Assembly: GCA_030390025.1 (NCBI GenBank)
Contig: CM059432.1
Span: forward strand, 86,802,001-86,866,000
DNA length: 64,000 nt
From: Squalus acanthias
Taxonomy: Eukaryota
Reading direction: 5' to 3'
Positions 23,491 to 34,800 of the stretch are shown piece after piece; position 1 is the first letter of the stretch; each line of letters begins with the position of its first letter. Position numbers and translations under genes: made by a program. The notes under the pieces are model-generated. The model was not told the DNA's origin and did not search any database. It saw only the letters and a list, made by a program, of their open reading frames with translations.

Positions 23491-24427
23491 CTTTCCTGAA
23501 ATAGAAGTCATGCGTCAGCAGAGAAAAACAGGAAGAAAATTAGCACCACAGGTAAAGGGGGAGAAAAAGTATTCCAAGGGAAAATATTGAGAATGGAAAT
23601 AATTCTTATTGTACATTCAAGTTTTAATGAATAGATCTCCTATATCAGTTTACATATCAACTCCTTATCGATGGAATCCCAACTAAAGTCTTGCGCTAGG
23701 GCCACATTCAGTAATGTTGCTAAACGCAGATCTGTGCCTACAATTCCTCACGCAGTAAGCTCCAAATTTTAATTACGCATTGGGCAATTGCCAGATAGGG
23801 ACGAGCCATGTCACTGCTGGGAAAAAAACAAAAACACAATTGGGTTAATAGTTCTAATTGAAGGGGGCCCATTTACTTGCTCTGTGAAAGCTGGAATAAA
23901 TTGAAGTACAAGAAAAGGAGAGGCAGCAACATGTGAAATTTTAGTTTGGTCAACTTTCAGCAGTTGGGCAGGTCATGAATAAAGGCTGAGGGGCATATGA
24001 AGCAAGTCTACAAATGACAATGAGCATTGTAAGTACCATTGTCCTAAATATATGATAAATATTACTAACCAATACTTAACTGCAACATGGCTTGGACTCT
24101 TCATTTTGGGATAAATGAAAACATTTGGGGGCACTTAGTCAACAACAACCAAGACTATCAATTAAGTGTCAACATTATTCTTGCTTTTGGATACTCAACC
24201 AAAAAATGACTGGCATTTAAATAATTCAGTACCAGTGGAGCCCACAAAAAGTATGTATTTCTCTTTAAAAAAGCTTTTATACAGAGGACTGTAAAACACA
24301 AGAATTTGTGGTCTATCCAAATTTACAATGATTGGTAAACAATTCTGTTTTTCGGATGAGACACTAAACCGAGACCCCATCTGCCCTCTCAAGTGGATGT
24401 AAAAGCTCCCATGGCATTATTTCAAAG

Positions 24428-24606
24428 GTCGCACAACACCAGGTTATAGTCCAACAGTTTTATTTGAAATCACAAGCTTTCGGAGTTACTACTCCTTCGG
24501 AGTAGTAACTCCGAAAGCTTGTGATTTCAAATAAAACTGTTGGACTATAACCTGGTGTTGTGCGACCTCTCAATTTTGTCCACCCCAGTCCAACACCGGC
24601 ATCTCT
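24428..24606. mobile_element. Penelope-like pseudo-LTR fold-back element inserted in a Deu-SINE fragment (about 24345-24640)
   Basis: 14-bp TSD GCATTATTTCAAAG (24414-24427 / 24607-24620). Perfect 70-bp inverted arms at 24426-24495 and 24499-24568. Confidence 0.8.
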
Positions 24607-24639
24607 GCATTATTTCAAAGAGCAGGGGAGTTTCTCCCC

Positions 24640-25150
24640 TCCCTCCCCCACACCAAATCTTGGCACTACCCCACCCCACTGAACTGAAAGCAGGGCAACT
24701 CAACACCTGCAAGAACAAAAATCATCCCCAGCCCCCTCGAGCAGAAATCCAATCAATCCCACCAACTTGAGTAGAAATAGCCATCAACATCTACCCATTG
24801 ATTGAGCAGAAACAAGTACGATCAACGCCCCCCCCCCCCCATGAACTCAAATCCTGCCAACAATTGCCACCCTCCACCCCCACCCCCGAGCAAACCCCTG
24901 CAGAAATCAATAGAGGATAAAAAGCATCTTCACCCCCCTCCTCACCGAGCAAACTCAGCTACCCCTTCTCCCGAGAAGAAATCCCTCCCCCCGAGCTGAA
25001 GCCGATCCCGTTCTCCCATCACTTCTCGCATGAAAAATACCCTCTCCCCTCCTCATTCCAGCAGCACCCCCCCTCCCCCCCACACACCGACAGAGATGGA
25101 ATTAGGACACAACCCAGTGCCACCAAACCCGTCCCCATCTACTCTCTCCT
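24640..25150. repeat. Degenerate C-rich minisatellite-like tract
   Basis: Recurrent (cc)gagcagaaat / ccgagcaaac motif separated by C runs. Confidence 0.45.
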
Positions 25151-26059
25151 CCACCCTGGTCTTCATATTCTCCTTTATGTGCATGCGCTATACAAGGGCA
25201 ACTACATCCTCCTCAATTGAAACTTTTTCACAGATCTGATCGAAGTGGTTTCATACCATCATTGTGAAATTAATGGAAACAGGACCTCCCTCCTTATTGT
25301 ACAGCTCTACATAAATCTTTAAAGTTCAAACATAGCTATTTTATAGTCAGAAGTCATGCAAAGACAAGACATACTACAAAAAAAAGCATAGGCAACCTGA
25401 AGAGGGCCTAACAATGGGCTAAAGTAAAAGGAATGACAACACATCCTGAACAACCAAATGATCATATACTGAATATAGCACAACCTATGTAAACTCCACA
25501 AATGTCAATTCAACCTGCTGAATGACTGCTAGGGAGACAATGGCAGAGACAGTACACTCTTGCATATGTGCTCATACTTTGGTTATACTCTGCATTTCCT
25601 CCCCCATCCTTTCTTTGAAATTACACTGGATAGCAATCCTTATTTCAACAGCCCCATGCCTGCTGGCCAGGTCACTAGAGAGCAAGACCTCTGTGACTCC
25701 CTGTAGCATGCAGGGACTTCTACCTCGTAAATAATGCAGCCCACTCCCGTGAATGAAACATGCATGAGACATACACCAACTGCAACAAGTGAAGTTGGAC
25801 TAGGGAGGTAACAGATAGTCATGGCCCCTTCCTGGAGGCAGGTTCAAGTGACCCAACCTCCCTTTCAGAAGGAGAAATCAGATGAATGCGAGAGATGCAA
25901 AGTCAGTCAATAGCTGCCCATTCCTAACTAACAAGACCACTAGTCAATTTAGGGATGATTTCTGCCAAATAAGCCAATCAGCCCAGTAAGAGATTGAATG
26001 GAATATCAAAATTGCAATTATGTACATGGATTTCAGGGGAATCCTTCAGCTAAATAGGT

Positions 26060-26910
26060 ATAGAATAGAATCTTACAGCACAGGAGGCTGCCATTCAGCC
26101 CATCACACCTGTGCCAGTTCTTTGAAAGAGCTGTCCAATTTAGTCCCACAGCCCAGCTTTTTCCCCCATAACCCGGCAAATTAGTCCTCTTCAAGAACAT
26201 GTCCAGTTGCCTTTTAAAAGTTCCTATGGAATCTGATTCCACCACCCTTTCAGGTAGAGTTCCAGATCTTAACAACCCTGTGTGTGAAGACATTTCTCAT
26301 TTCCCCTCTAGTTCTTTTGCCAATTATTTTAAACAACAACAACTTGCATTTCCTTTAACGTAGTAAACGTTCCAAGGCTTCACAGGATCGTTATCAAACA
26401 AAATTTGACACCGAGCCACATAAGGAGATATTATGGCAGATGACCAAAAGCTTGGTCAAAGAGGTAGGTTTTAAGGAGCTTCTTAAAGGAAGAAAGAGAG
26501 GTAGAGAGGCGGAAGGCTCGGTTAAAGGCACGGCTACTAATGGTGGAGCGATTAAAATCAGGGATGCACAAGAGGCCAGAATTCGAGGAGTGCAGAGATC
26601 TTGGAGAGTTGTAGGGCTGCAGGAGGTTACAGAGATAGGGTATATAACAAGAAAAGCAATGATCCTAATACTGACCCCTAGGGGACCCCACTGCATACTT
26701 CTCTCCAGTCAGAAAATCATCCGTTCACCATTACGCTCGGCCTCCTATCCCTTAGCCAATTTCGTACCCATGTTACCACCATCCATTTAATACCATGTGG
26801 TTCTATTTTCCGCTTAAGTCTGCTATGAGGTACTTTATCAAATGTCTTTTGAAAGTCCATATGTACAACATCTATGGCACTACCTTCATCAACCCTCTGT
26901 TATTTCATCA
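26060..26910 (-). mobile_element. CR1 fragments with a nested L2 3' end (about 26335-26640)
   Basis: ORF 26033-26293(-) LPERVVESDSIGTFKRQLD. L2-type tail (aacaacaacaacttgcattt) and FK-LLKT-like end. Confidence 0.7.
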
Positions 26911-27774
26911 AATGGTATGGTAGAATAGTGTTTGTTACTGGACTAGTAATCCAGAGGCCTGGACCAGTAATCTGGAGACACGAGTTCAAATCCCACCATG
27001 GTAGTTTGTGAATTTGAATTCAGTTAATTAAATAAAACTGGAATTAAAAAGCTAGTATAATTAATGGTGATCATGAAGCTATTGGATTGTCGTAAAAACC
27101 CAACTGGTTCACTAATGTCGTTCAGAGAAGGAAACCTGCCGTCCTTACCCGGTCTGACCTATATGTGATTCCAATGTGGTTGACTCTTAACTGCCCTCTG
27201 AAATGGCCCAGCAAGCCACTTAGTTGTACAACCCAGCCCAGTCAACTCTGCAAAGTCCTCCTCAGTAACACCTGGGGACTTGCACCAAAATTGGGAGAGC
27301 TGTCTCACAGACAGCCTAACATAACCATACTCTCAGAATCATACCCATCTCCATCACCATCTCTGGGTATGTCCCACCGGCAGGACAGACCCACCAGAGG
27401 TGGTGGCACAGTGGTATACAGTCAGGAGAGTGGCCCAGGGAGTCCTCAACATTGACTCGGACCCAATGAAGTCTCATAAACAAGGAAACCGCCTGCTGAT
27501 TACCAGCCTCAGCTGATAAATTAGTGCAATCAAGCGGCACTTACTCACCAATAACCTGTCCGCCAGGACCACTTGGCTCCAGACCTCATTACAGCCTTGG
27601 TCCAAACATGAACAAAAGAGCTGAATTCCAGAGGTGAGGTGACAGTGACATCAAGGCAGCATTTGACAGAGCATGGCATCAAGGAGTCCTAGTTAAATTG
27701 AAGTCAATGGGAATCAGGGGGAAAACTCTCCACTGGTTAGAGTCATACCTAGCACAAAGAAAGATGGTTGTGGT

Positions 27775-27907
27775 CAATGTTCCCTTTAAACTGCGTGGCT
27801 GCACAGCTGTCTGGAGGTCCCGCGCAGCCCAGGACTGGCTTTTCAAATCGGACCCGCACAGCCCGTTAAAGGGACTGCGCACTCACAAAAAATTAGAGGG
27901 AACATTG
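27775..27907. mobile_element. hAT-like MITE (133 bp), copy 2
   Basis: CAATGTTCCCTTTAA...TTAGAGGGAACATTG; TSD gttgtggt / gttgtggg. Confidence 0.82.
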
Positions 27908-28407
27908 GTTGTGGGAGGCCAATCATCTCAGCCCCAAGACATCGCTGCAGAGTTCTTCAGGGCAGTGTCCTAGGCCCAACCATCTTCAGCTGCTTCATCA
28001 ATGACCTTCCCTCCAACATAAGGTCAGAAATAGGGATGTTCGCTGATGACTGCAGTGTTCAGTGCCATTCACAACTCCTCAGATAATGAAGCAGTCCATG
28101 CCCGCATGCAACAAGACCTGAACAACATTAAGGCTTGGGCTGATAAGTGGCAAGTAACATTCATGCCACACAAGTGCCAGGCAATGACCATCTCCAACAA
28201 GAGAAAGTCAAACCACCTCCCCATGACATTCAATGGGATTATCATCATCCTGGGGGGGGGGGTCATCATTGATCAGAAACTCAACTGGACTAGCCACATA
28301 AATACTGTGGCTACAAGAGCAGGTCAGAGGCTGGGTTTTCTGCAGCGAATGACTCACCTCCTGACTTCCCAAAGCCTTTCCACCATCGACAAGGCACAAG
28401 TCAGGAC

Positions 28408-28542
28408 CAATGTTCCCCGTATTTTTTGGGGGGTACGTGGCCCCTTTAAGTGGCTGCATGGCCCATTCACAGATTCATTGCAAAAGCCAGTCCCGGGCTG
28501 CATAAGACCGGCAGAGAGCTGCGCAGCTTATCGGGAACATTG
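28408..28542. mobile_element. hAT-like MITE (135 bp), copy 3, opposite orientation
   Basis: CAATGTTCCC...GGGAACATTG; TSD gtcaggac / gtcaggag. Confidence 0.82.
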
Positions 28543-28880
28543 GTCAGGAGTATGATGGAATACTCTCCACTTGTCTGGATGAGTGCATCTCCAACAGAAC
28601 TCAAAAATCTCAACACCATCCAGGACAAAGCAGTCCGCTTGATTGGCACCCCATCCACCACCTTAAACATTCACTCCCTCCACCATGACACTGTGTCCAC
28701 AGTGTGTACCATATACAAGATGTACTGCAGCATCGCGCCAAGGCTCCGAGAAAGACAAGGGCAGCAAGCGCATGGGAACACCACCAGCTCCAGATAACCT
28801 CCAAGTTACACACCATCCTGACTTGGAAATACATCGCCATTCCTTCATTGTCGCTGGGTCAAAATCCTTGAACTTACTAC

Positions 28881-29021
28881 CAATGTTCCCTCTAACTTTT
28901 TTTGGGCCGCGCAGCCCATTCAAAAATCCACTCATGCGCGTTTTTTTCATTTAAAAGCCGGTGAGCCAACTGCGCGGAGATCAAGACAGCTGCGCGGCCA
29001 CACAGCTTAAAGGGAGCATTA
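28881..29021. mobile_element. hAT-like MITE (141 bp), copy 4, opposite orientation
   Basis: CAATGTTCCCTCTAA...TTAAAGGGAGCATTA; degenerate TSD cttactac / caccctac. Confidence 0.78.
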
Positions 29022-30039
29022 CACCCTACCTAACAGCACTGTGGGAGTACCTTCACCACACGGACTGCAGCGGTTCAAGAAGGCAGCTCACCACCACATC
29101 ATCAAGGGCAATAAAATGCTGGCCTTGCCAGTGAAACCCACATCCCATAAATGAATAATAAAATTTGTTGAACACTCCATGTTGAATACCACTTGGAAGA
29201 AGCAAGGGCACAGAATGTACTCTGGGTGGGGGACTTCAATGTCCATCACCAAAAGTGGCTCTTAGCACCACCACTGACCGAGCTGGCTGAGTTCTGAAGG
29301 ACGTAGCTGCCAGACTGGGCAGGTGGTGAGAACCAACGCGAGGGAAAGCTACCTTGACCATGTCCTCACCAATCTACCTGTCGCAGATGCATCTGTCCAA
29401 GGAAGTATTGGTAGGAGTGACCACCGCACAGTACTTGCGGAGACGAAGTCCCGTCTTTACACTGAGGACACCCTCCATCGTGTTGCGTGACACTACCAGC
29501 GTGCTAAATGGGATAGATTCAGAACAGATCTAGCAGCTCAAAACTGGGCATCCATGAGACAATGTGGGCCATCAACAGCAGCAGAATTGTATTCCACCAC
29601 AATCTACAACCTCTCAGCCTAGCATATCCCTCACTCTACCATTACCATCAAGCCAAACGACCAACCCTGGTTCAATTAGAATAGCATGCCAGGAGCAGTA
29701 CCAGGCATACCTGAAAATGAGGTGCCAACCTGGTTAAGCTACATCACAGGAATACATGCATGCTAAACAGCAGAAGCAGCAAGGTACAGATAGAGTCAAG
29801 CGATCCACAACCAACGGACTAGATCAAAGCTCTGCAGTCCTGCCACATCCACTCATGAATGGTGGTGGATAATTAAACTAAGGGGAGGAGGCTGCTCCAT
29901 GAACATCCCCATCCTCAACTATGGTGGAGCCCAACATAAAAGACAAGGCTGAAGCGTTCCTTGTTCTGTTCTGTGGCTGTATGCTCCTCCTAGTTTTCTA
30001 TGCATCTTGTTTCTCCTCTCTGCCGCTGCGCCCTGGTGC

Positions 30040-30810
30040 CCCATCCGGCTTGTACAGGTCACTCCTGTCCCAGAACAGGTCCCAATGCCCCAGGATCTTG
30101 AAGCTCTCCCTCCTGTACCACTTCTCCAGCCACACATTCACCTGCGCTATCTTCCTGTTTCTGTACTCACTCGCATATGGCACTGGGAGTAATCCAGAGA
30201 TTACCACCTTTGAGGTCCTGTTCTTTAATCTTTTTCTTAGCTCCTGAAACACTGCCTGTAGGACCTCAACACTTTTCCTACCCATGTCATTGGTTCCAAT
30301 ATGGACGACGACTTCTGGCTGATCCCTTTCCCCTCGCAGAATTTCCTGTACCCGTTCAGTGAGATCCTTTACCCTGGCACCAGGGAGGCAACATACCATT
30401 CGGGGCTCACGCCTGCGGTTGCAGAAATGCCCGAGAGTCACCCACTCTCTCTCCCCCTGAACTCTCTGCAGGGTGACCACCTCCAGAAATGTGCCATCTA
30501 CGAAACTCTCAGCTTCCCATATGCACTGTAGTGACGCCAGCCACGGAGCTCGAGCTTGAGCAGTTGATGGCACTTCCTGAATATGTGGTTTTCTAGGACA
30601 CACAAAGTGTTTTGGAATTCTCACATGGCACAGAATGTGCATGCAACGGGCCCCAGCTTTCCTGCCATGTTAGCCAACAGTATTTTTAAGCTTTAAGGCT
30701 ATTTAACTGTTTAGCTAATACTAAAACTCTAATCACTAAAAACCCTAACCAATCAACTAAGTACTTAAACTAACTTAACCCTAACCACCAAATACTTATC
30801 CTAAATACTT
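30040..30810 (-). mobile_element. CR1 ORF1 fragment (SGNH esterase domain) and 5'UTR
   Basis: ORF 29998-30642(-) VCCLPGARVKD..PEVVVHIGTND..VVISGLLP..DLYKPDG, the GDSL/SGNH esterase typical of CR1 ORF1. Confidence 0.88.
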
Positions 30811-31639
30811 CTGTAATTCCTTGGGTTCCACCGTTCGTGCTGGTTGTTATGTCACTTGTTCAGTTTTCTCCACTTGGTTGTTTTGCGATGCTCTCTGCCG
30901 CTCTCGTCGCACCTGCCCTGTTTTTATGCTCCTCGGGCTTCCTGCAATTCTCTCATCATTTACTTATTTACTGTTGCCCCTTGGTTTAAATTACTTAGCA
31001 CCTCCTTCTCCCTCTGCACCAAAATCCCACTTTGTTTAGCAAGCCACTCCATTTAGTGGATTCTCCCAGCTCTATGAACACATAAGTCAAGGTACAAGAG
31101 AAAAAAAAAGTACCCAACTCCCCCCACTCAACTTGCAAATGAATAAGCTGTCACAGAAATGGGAAACCACAAGACACCGTCCCATTAGAATTTACAGCTA
31201 TACAGTAGACATGGCCATTTCCCCAGCCCATGATACACAAGAACAAAGTTTTGAGTGAGAAAAGGCCATTCAGCCCATCAAGCTCACTGCACCCAGAGTC
31301 CATGCTCTCACTAGCCAAAACCTCAGCATTAGTTGTTCTAGAGTCCAAGGTAAAAGTAACAGTTGATCTTCCTCTCCAAATTGGCTAGCTGTAGCTTCAG
31401 ATACTGGCTTGCACTACAGATCCAAATATGGCTACAATCAATTAAGTGATAAATTCCTTTCTTTGAGGAGGTTATTAGACAGATTTTGACTTCATGACAG
31501 CAGGTACGAGACCTTTCTTTTCTTCTGGCAGAAAAGGCACAATCTAACTGTCCACAATCTTGGCAACAGAAGGGTATGTAGTGTTATATTCTTTATAACA
31601 CTAACTCTAATTAGACCAGCACCTCACTGCAGATTTTTG

Positions 31640-32230
31640 GTACAACTGAGCATTCATACCTTTGACCTTACAGTGCTGAAACCCTCATAAATGCTTTTAT
31701 CACTTCCAGTTTTGACTGCTCCACATTTGTGGCCTACATTCTTTCACCCTCCATAAACGTTAACTTGTACAAAATTCTGCCACACATGTTCTGCACCAGG
31801 TCCAGCTCATCCATTATCCCCATCCTCACTGACTCACATTATCTCCCCATCCCCCCAATGCATCAAATTTAAAATCCTTGTTGTCGTCCTTAAATCCCTC
31901 CTTTACCTTCTCCCATCCCATCTCTGCAACCTTCTCCAATCCTATATCCCCACCCTTCCCAAATACACCATTCCTTTGACTCTTAACATTTGTGCATCCC
32001 TCCCACCCTAGTGGCAATGCTTTCAGCTGCCAGGGTCCTAATCTCTGGAGCTCCCTCCCTAAATTTCTCTACCGCCTTTAAAAACCTTCTGAAAATCCAT
32101 CTTTTCAACAAAAACTTTGGTCACCCCTCCCACCTTCTTTGGCTTAATGCCGGTTTTCCATATGCCTATCTGTGAGGGACCTTGGGACAATCTTGATGTT
32201 AAAGGTGCTCTATAAATACAAGTTGTTTTC
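31640..32230 (+). mobile_element. Degraded L2 LINE 3' end
   Basis: ..AFKNLLKIHLF.. C-terminus and tail gttaaaggtgctctataaatacaagttgttt. Confidence 0.7.
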
Positions 32231-32344
32231 TGACCCTGATCCCTTGATGGGGCAAATGCACAGACTAGAAAGGCACCATGTTCAGTTTCTGATCTGTGTG
32301 GAGTTTATTTCAGTCGGTTGATGGAAGAGGTGCAACAATTAGCT

Positions 32345-32540
32345 TTAACACTCTTGTCTCTACTTACCATAGTTATCCCCCCCGCCCCCCCCCCCCCTTG
32401 CATTTTTATCTGTTTCATTTCCTGCTCTTTTCTCAGTTCTGACGAAGGGTTTCGACCTGAAATGTTAACTCTGTTTCTCTCTCCACGGATGTTGCCTGGC
32501 CTGCTGAGTTTTTCCAGCGTTTTCTGTTGTTGTTTTAGCT
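32345..32540 (+). mobile_element. Penelope-like pseudo-LTR with a degenerate minimal hammerhead ribozyme (32439-32470)
   Basis: CTGACGA-agGGT-ttcg-ACCt-GAAA-tgtta, followed by ctctccacggatgttgcctggcctgctgagtttttccagc, which also occurs reversed at 38565-38650. Confidence 0.72.
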
Positions 32541-34469
32541 TTAACACCCATTGGGCTAGAGTGAATAAAAAAGTTCAGAGTTCCTGCTCGCTATCCAGCA
32601 GTGCCTCATTGGAAAGTGCACACATGGACATCAGACGAGGACATCATTAGGTTTGTTTGCAACGCGCCATGATTGAATATTTTGCTAATATAGTTTAGGC
32701 TCACAATGGAAGAATGACCACTTAGGTGAGGGACTGGAGAGCTGCCTACATATCTGCAACTGTACCACAGCAAGGCTCGATGCCAGAGGAGAGGATGGGA
32801 AAAATAGCATCATGCTGCCATTAACCAGTTTCCCCAGGATTTGCTCTTCTCCCACATCCTCCTTCAGTGGAGTATCAGAAAGCTCAGTCGGTCCCCCTGC
32901 CAGAGTTGACAAACAAGGCAGAGACCCTATAGGCATGGAGGAGTACTATTTGCTCCCTCTGGCAAATTCTTGTGATAACCCACATTCAAAATATCTATCC
33001 AGGGCAGAAATGCACCGTGTCCCAACTAAGTCCAAGAAGTTGGAACCTTGGAGGCAAGGTCATGCTCCATATTAGCTGGGTTCCAACCAATAATGTGGCA
33101 GTCAGCCTGGCATCAGCTTTGGAACTTACAATTTACTCAGATGGGATATCAACACATTGCAACAATTCACAATTGATACCCTCAAGCTAGAAGTACAGGC
33201 AGCAGCCCAAAGCAGCTTTTTCTTTCCAATTTCTTGACTCTTGTCTTGGAGAACTGGCTCTTCCTGGGATAATGTTTCACAGGTACAGACACCCTCCAAT
33301 ACCTCACCAATACAGACACTCTTCTACATAACAAGTGTAGAGCGTCACAGCTGACCTCATTTCTGTCTCACCTGATGTTTACACTCATAGATTTTCCAGC
33401 AGGGGTTAAGAGAGAGAATAATTAGCCATCAGAACCTTGGCTGAATTTTCTTTCCTTGGAGGTGCTGTCACTAATGTAGCACTCTATCTGCTGCATTGGC
33501 TTAACTGAGCACAGATCATTACTGGACGTTTTCTTTATAGACTAGCAAACAGTAGAAAGGATATTAAGAATGAAATTTGTAGACAAGTTAGAGAGGTACA
33601 GACAAATAGAGTTATAATTGTAGAAGGTAAAAACAATGTCTCTCCTGCCACCTGACTCAACAGACTTGCTAAGTTTACTTCTGCTCGTGTCTCCACCATT
33701 GGTAGTGGATTGCACTAGCATGGTGCAAAATGCTTTAACACCAGGATAGAAGTACTGTAGTATAAATCATTTCTGCCCGCTACTCAGATGTATTGTTGAT
33801 ACTGCAGCTGCTTTAGGAAATTCCCAACTAAGCCACTCTGCTGCAATCTTGAGATTTAACAAAGAAACACAAGGGAAGGGTAAACTATCAGTCCACGGAA
33901 ATGTATTGCTTGAAATTTCTGGCGAGATCTAAGGTGCATCGGCCCGAAAAACACATTACTATAACGAACAGCTATGTCCTTAACATTGATATTCAAGTTT
34001 TACGCAAATAACCGAGGCAAATTTTGAACATTCTAACCCTGGAGTTAATATTTCTAAATAGGATTCCTCAGTTTGCAATGATGAACCTTGTGTTTTTGAT
34101 CTAGAACTATGCAGTATGTGACAAGGGTATCTTTTTGTTGTTATTCTGCAAGGTATGCAAGAAATTTTACAGACCACTGTAGAAAACCACAATAAACTAT
34201 ATTGTTCTCACTAATTTTCTCCACTCCTAGTCTGAAGACGTGTAGTCTTTGCTCAGTATGGTCGTACGGGTGCCAGTTGCCCTTCTGTGTCTTGTTCAAG
34301 TGGCCATTACTATTGTGTGATCCTCAACAGCAAGTGACTGCAGGGAGTAGACAGCCAAGCCTGATCCTATCCTTATCCAATATCTACTTCAAACACAGGA
34401 GCAGGAATCCTGACTAATTTTCTTCTCCCAAACCCAGGAGCACAGATGCTACATGCAGTGCCCCTATAC

Positions 34470-34800
34470 AATTTTTTTTATTTGTTCATGGGATGTGGGC
34501 GTTGCTGGCAAGGCCAGTATTTATTGCCCATCCCTAATTGCTCTCGAGAAGGTCGTGATGAGTTGCCTTCTTGAACCGCTGCAGTCCGTGTGGTGAAGGT
34601 ACTCCCACAGTGCTGTTAGTGAGGGATTTCCAGGATTTTGACCCAGCGACGATGAAGGAACAGCAATATATTTCCAAGTCAGAATGGTGTGAGACTTGGA
34701 GGGGAACTTGGAGGTGGTGGTGGTGGTGTTCGCATGTGCCTGCTGCCCTTGTCCTTCTAGTTGGCAAAGGTCGCGGGTTTTCTGAGATGCTGTCGAAGAA
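34470..34800 (-). mobile_element. 3' end of the tRNA-headed LINE family, inserted into an ancient SINE
   Basis: Matches 62580-62908 in reverse (PLPTRRTRAA..GSKSW..PHGLQRFKK). Confidence 0.85.

Larger units (their letters stand above)
26914..29958 (+). mobile_element. tRNA-headed LINE (EN+RT). Copy A (about 26914-27527 and 29165-29958) is interrupted by a 5'-truncated copy B of the same family (about 27528-29163).
   Basis: B box GTTCAAATCC at 26984-26993. Endonuclease motifs (NTWGLAPKLGELSHR, ILSESY, DRPTRGGG, GDFNVHH). RT motifs (CFINDLP, MFADD, WADKWQVTF). 3' tail ccacatcccataaatgaataataaaa at about 29160. Confidence 0.85.

Noticed and set aside
23650..23817. Strong minus-strand acceptor (tttttttcccag) at about 23818
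   Set aside because: The phase-0 frame hits a stop immediately (CAG TGA), and no convincing donor was identified.
25257..25316. Exon-like minus-strand segment encoding IYVELYNKEGGPVSINFTMM (60 nt, phase 0/0)
   Set aside because: Weak acceptor (gaactttaaag), and it would interrupt the conserved CKEK-RRPP junction of UBE2W; no supporting homology.
30720..30800. AACCCT-like motifs suggesting interstitial telomeric repeat
   Set aside because: Only scattered copies in an AT-rich CR1 5' region; not a tandem array.
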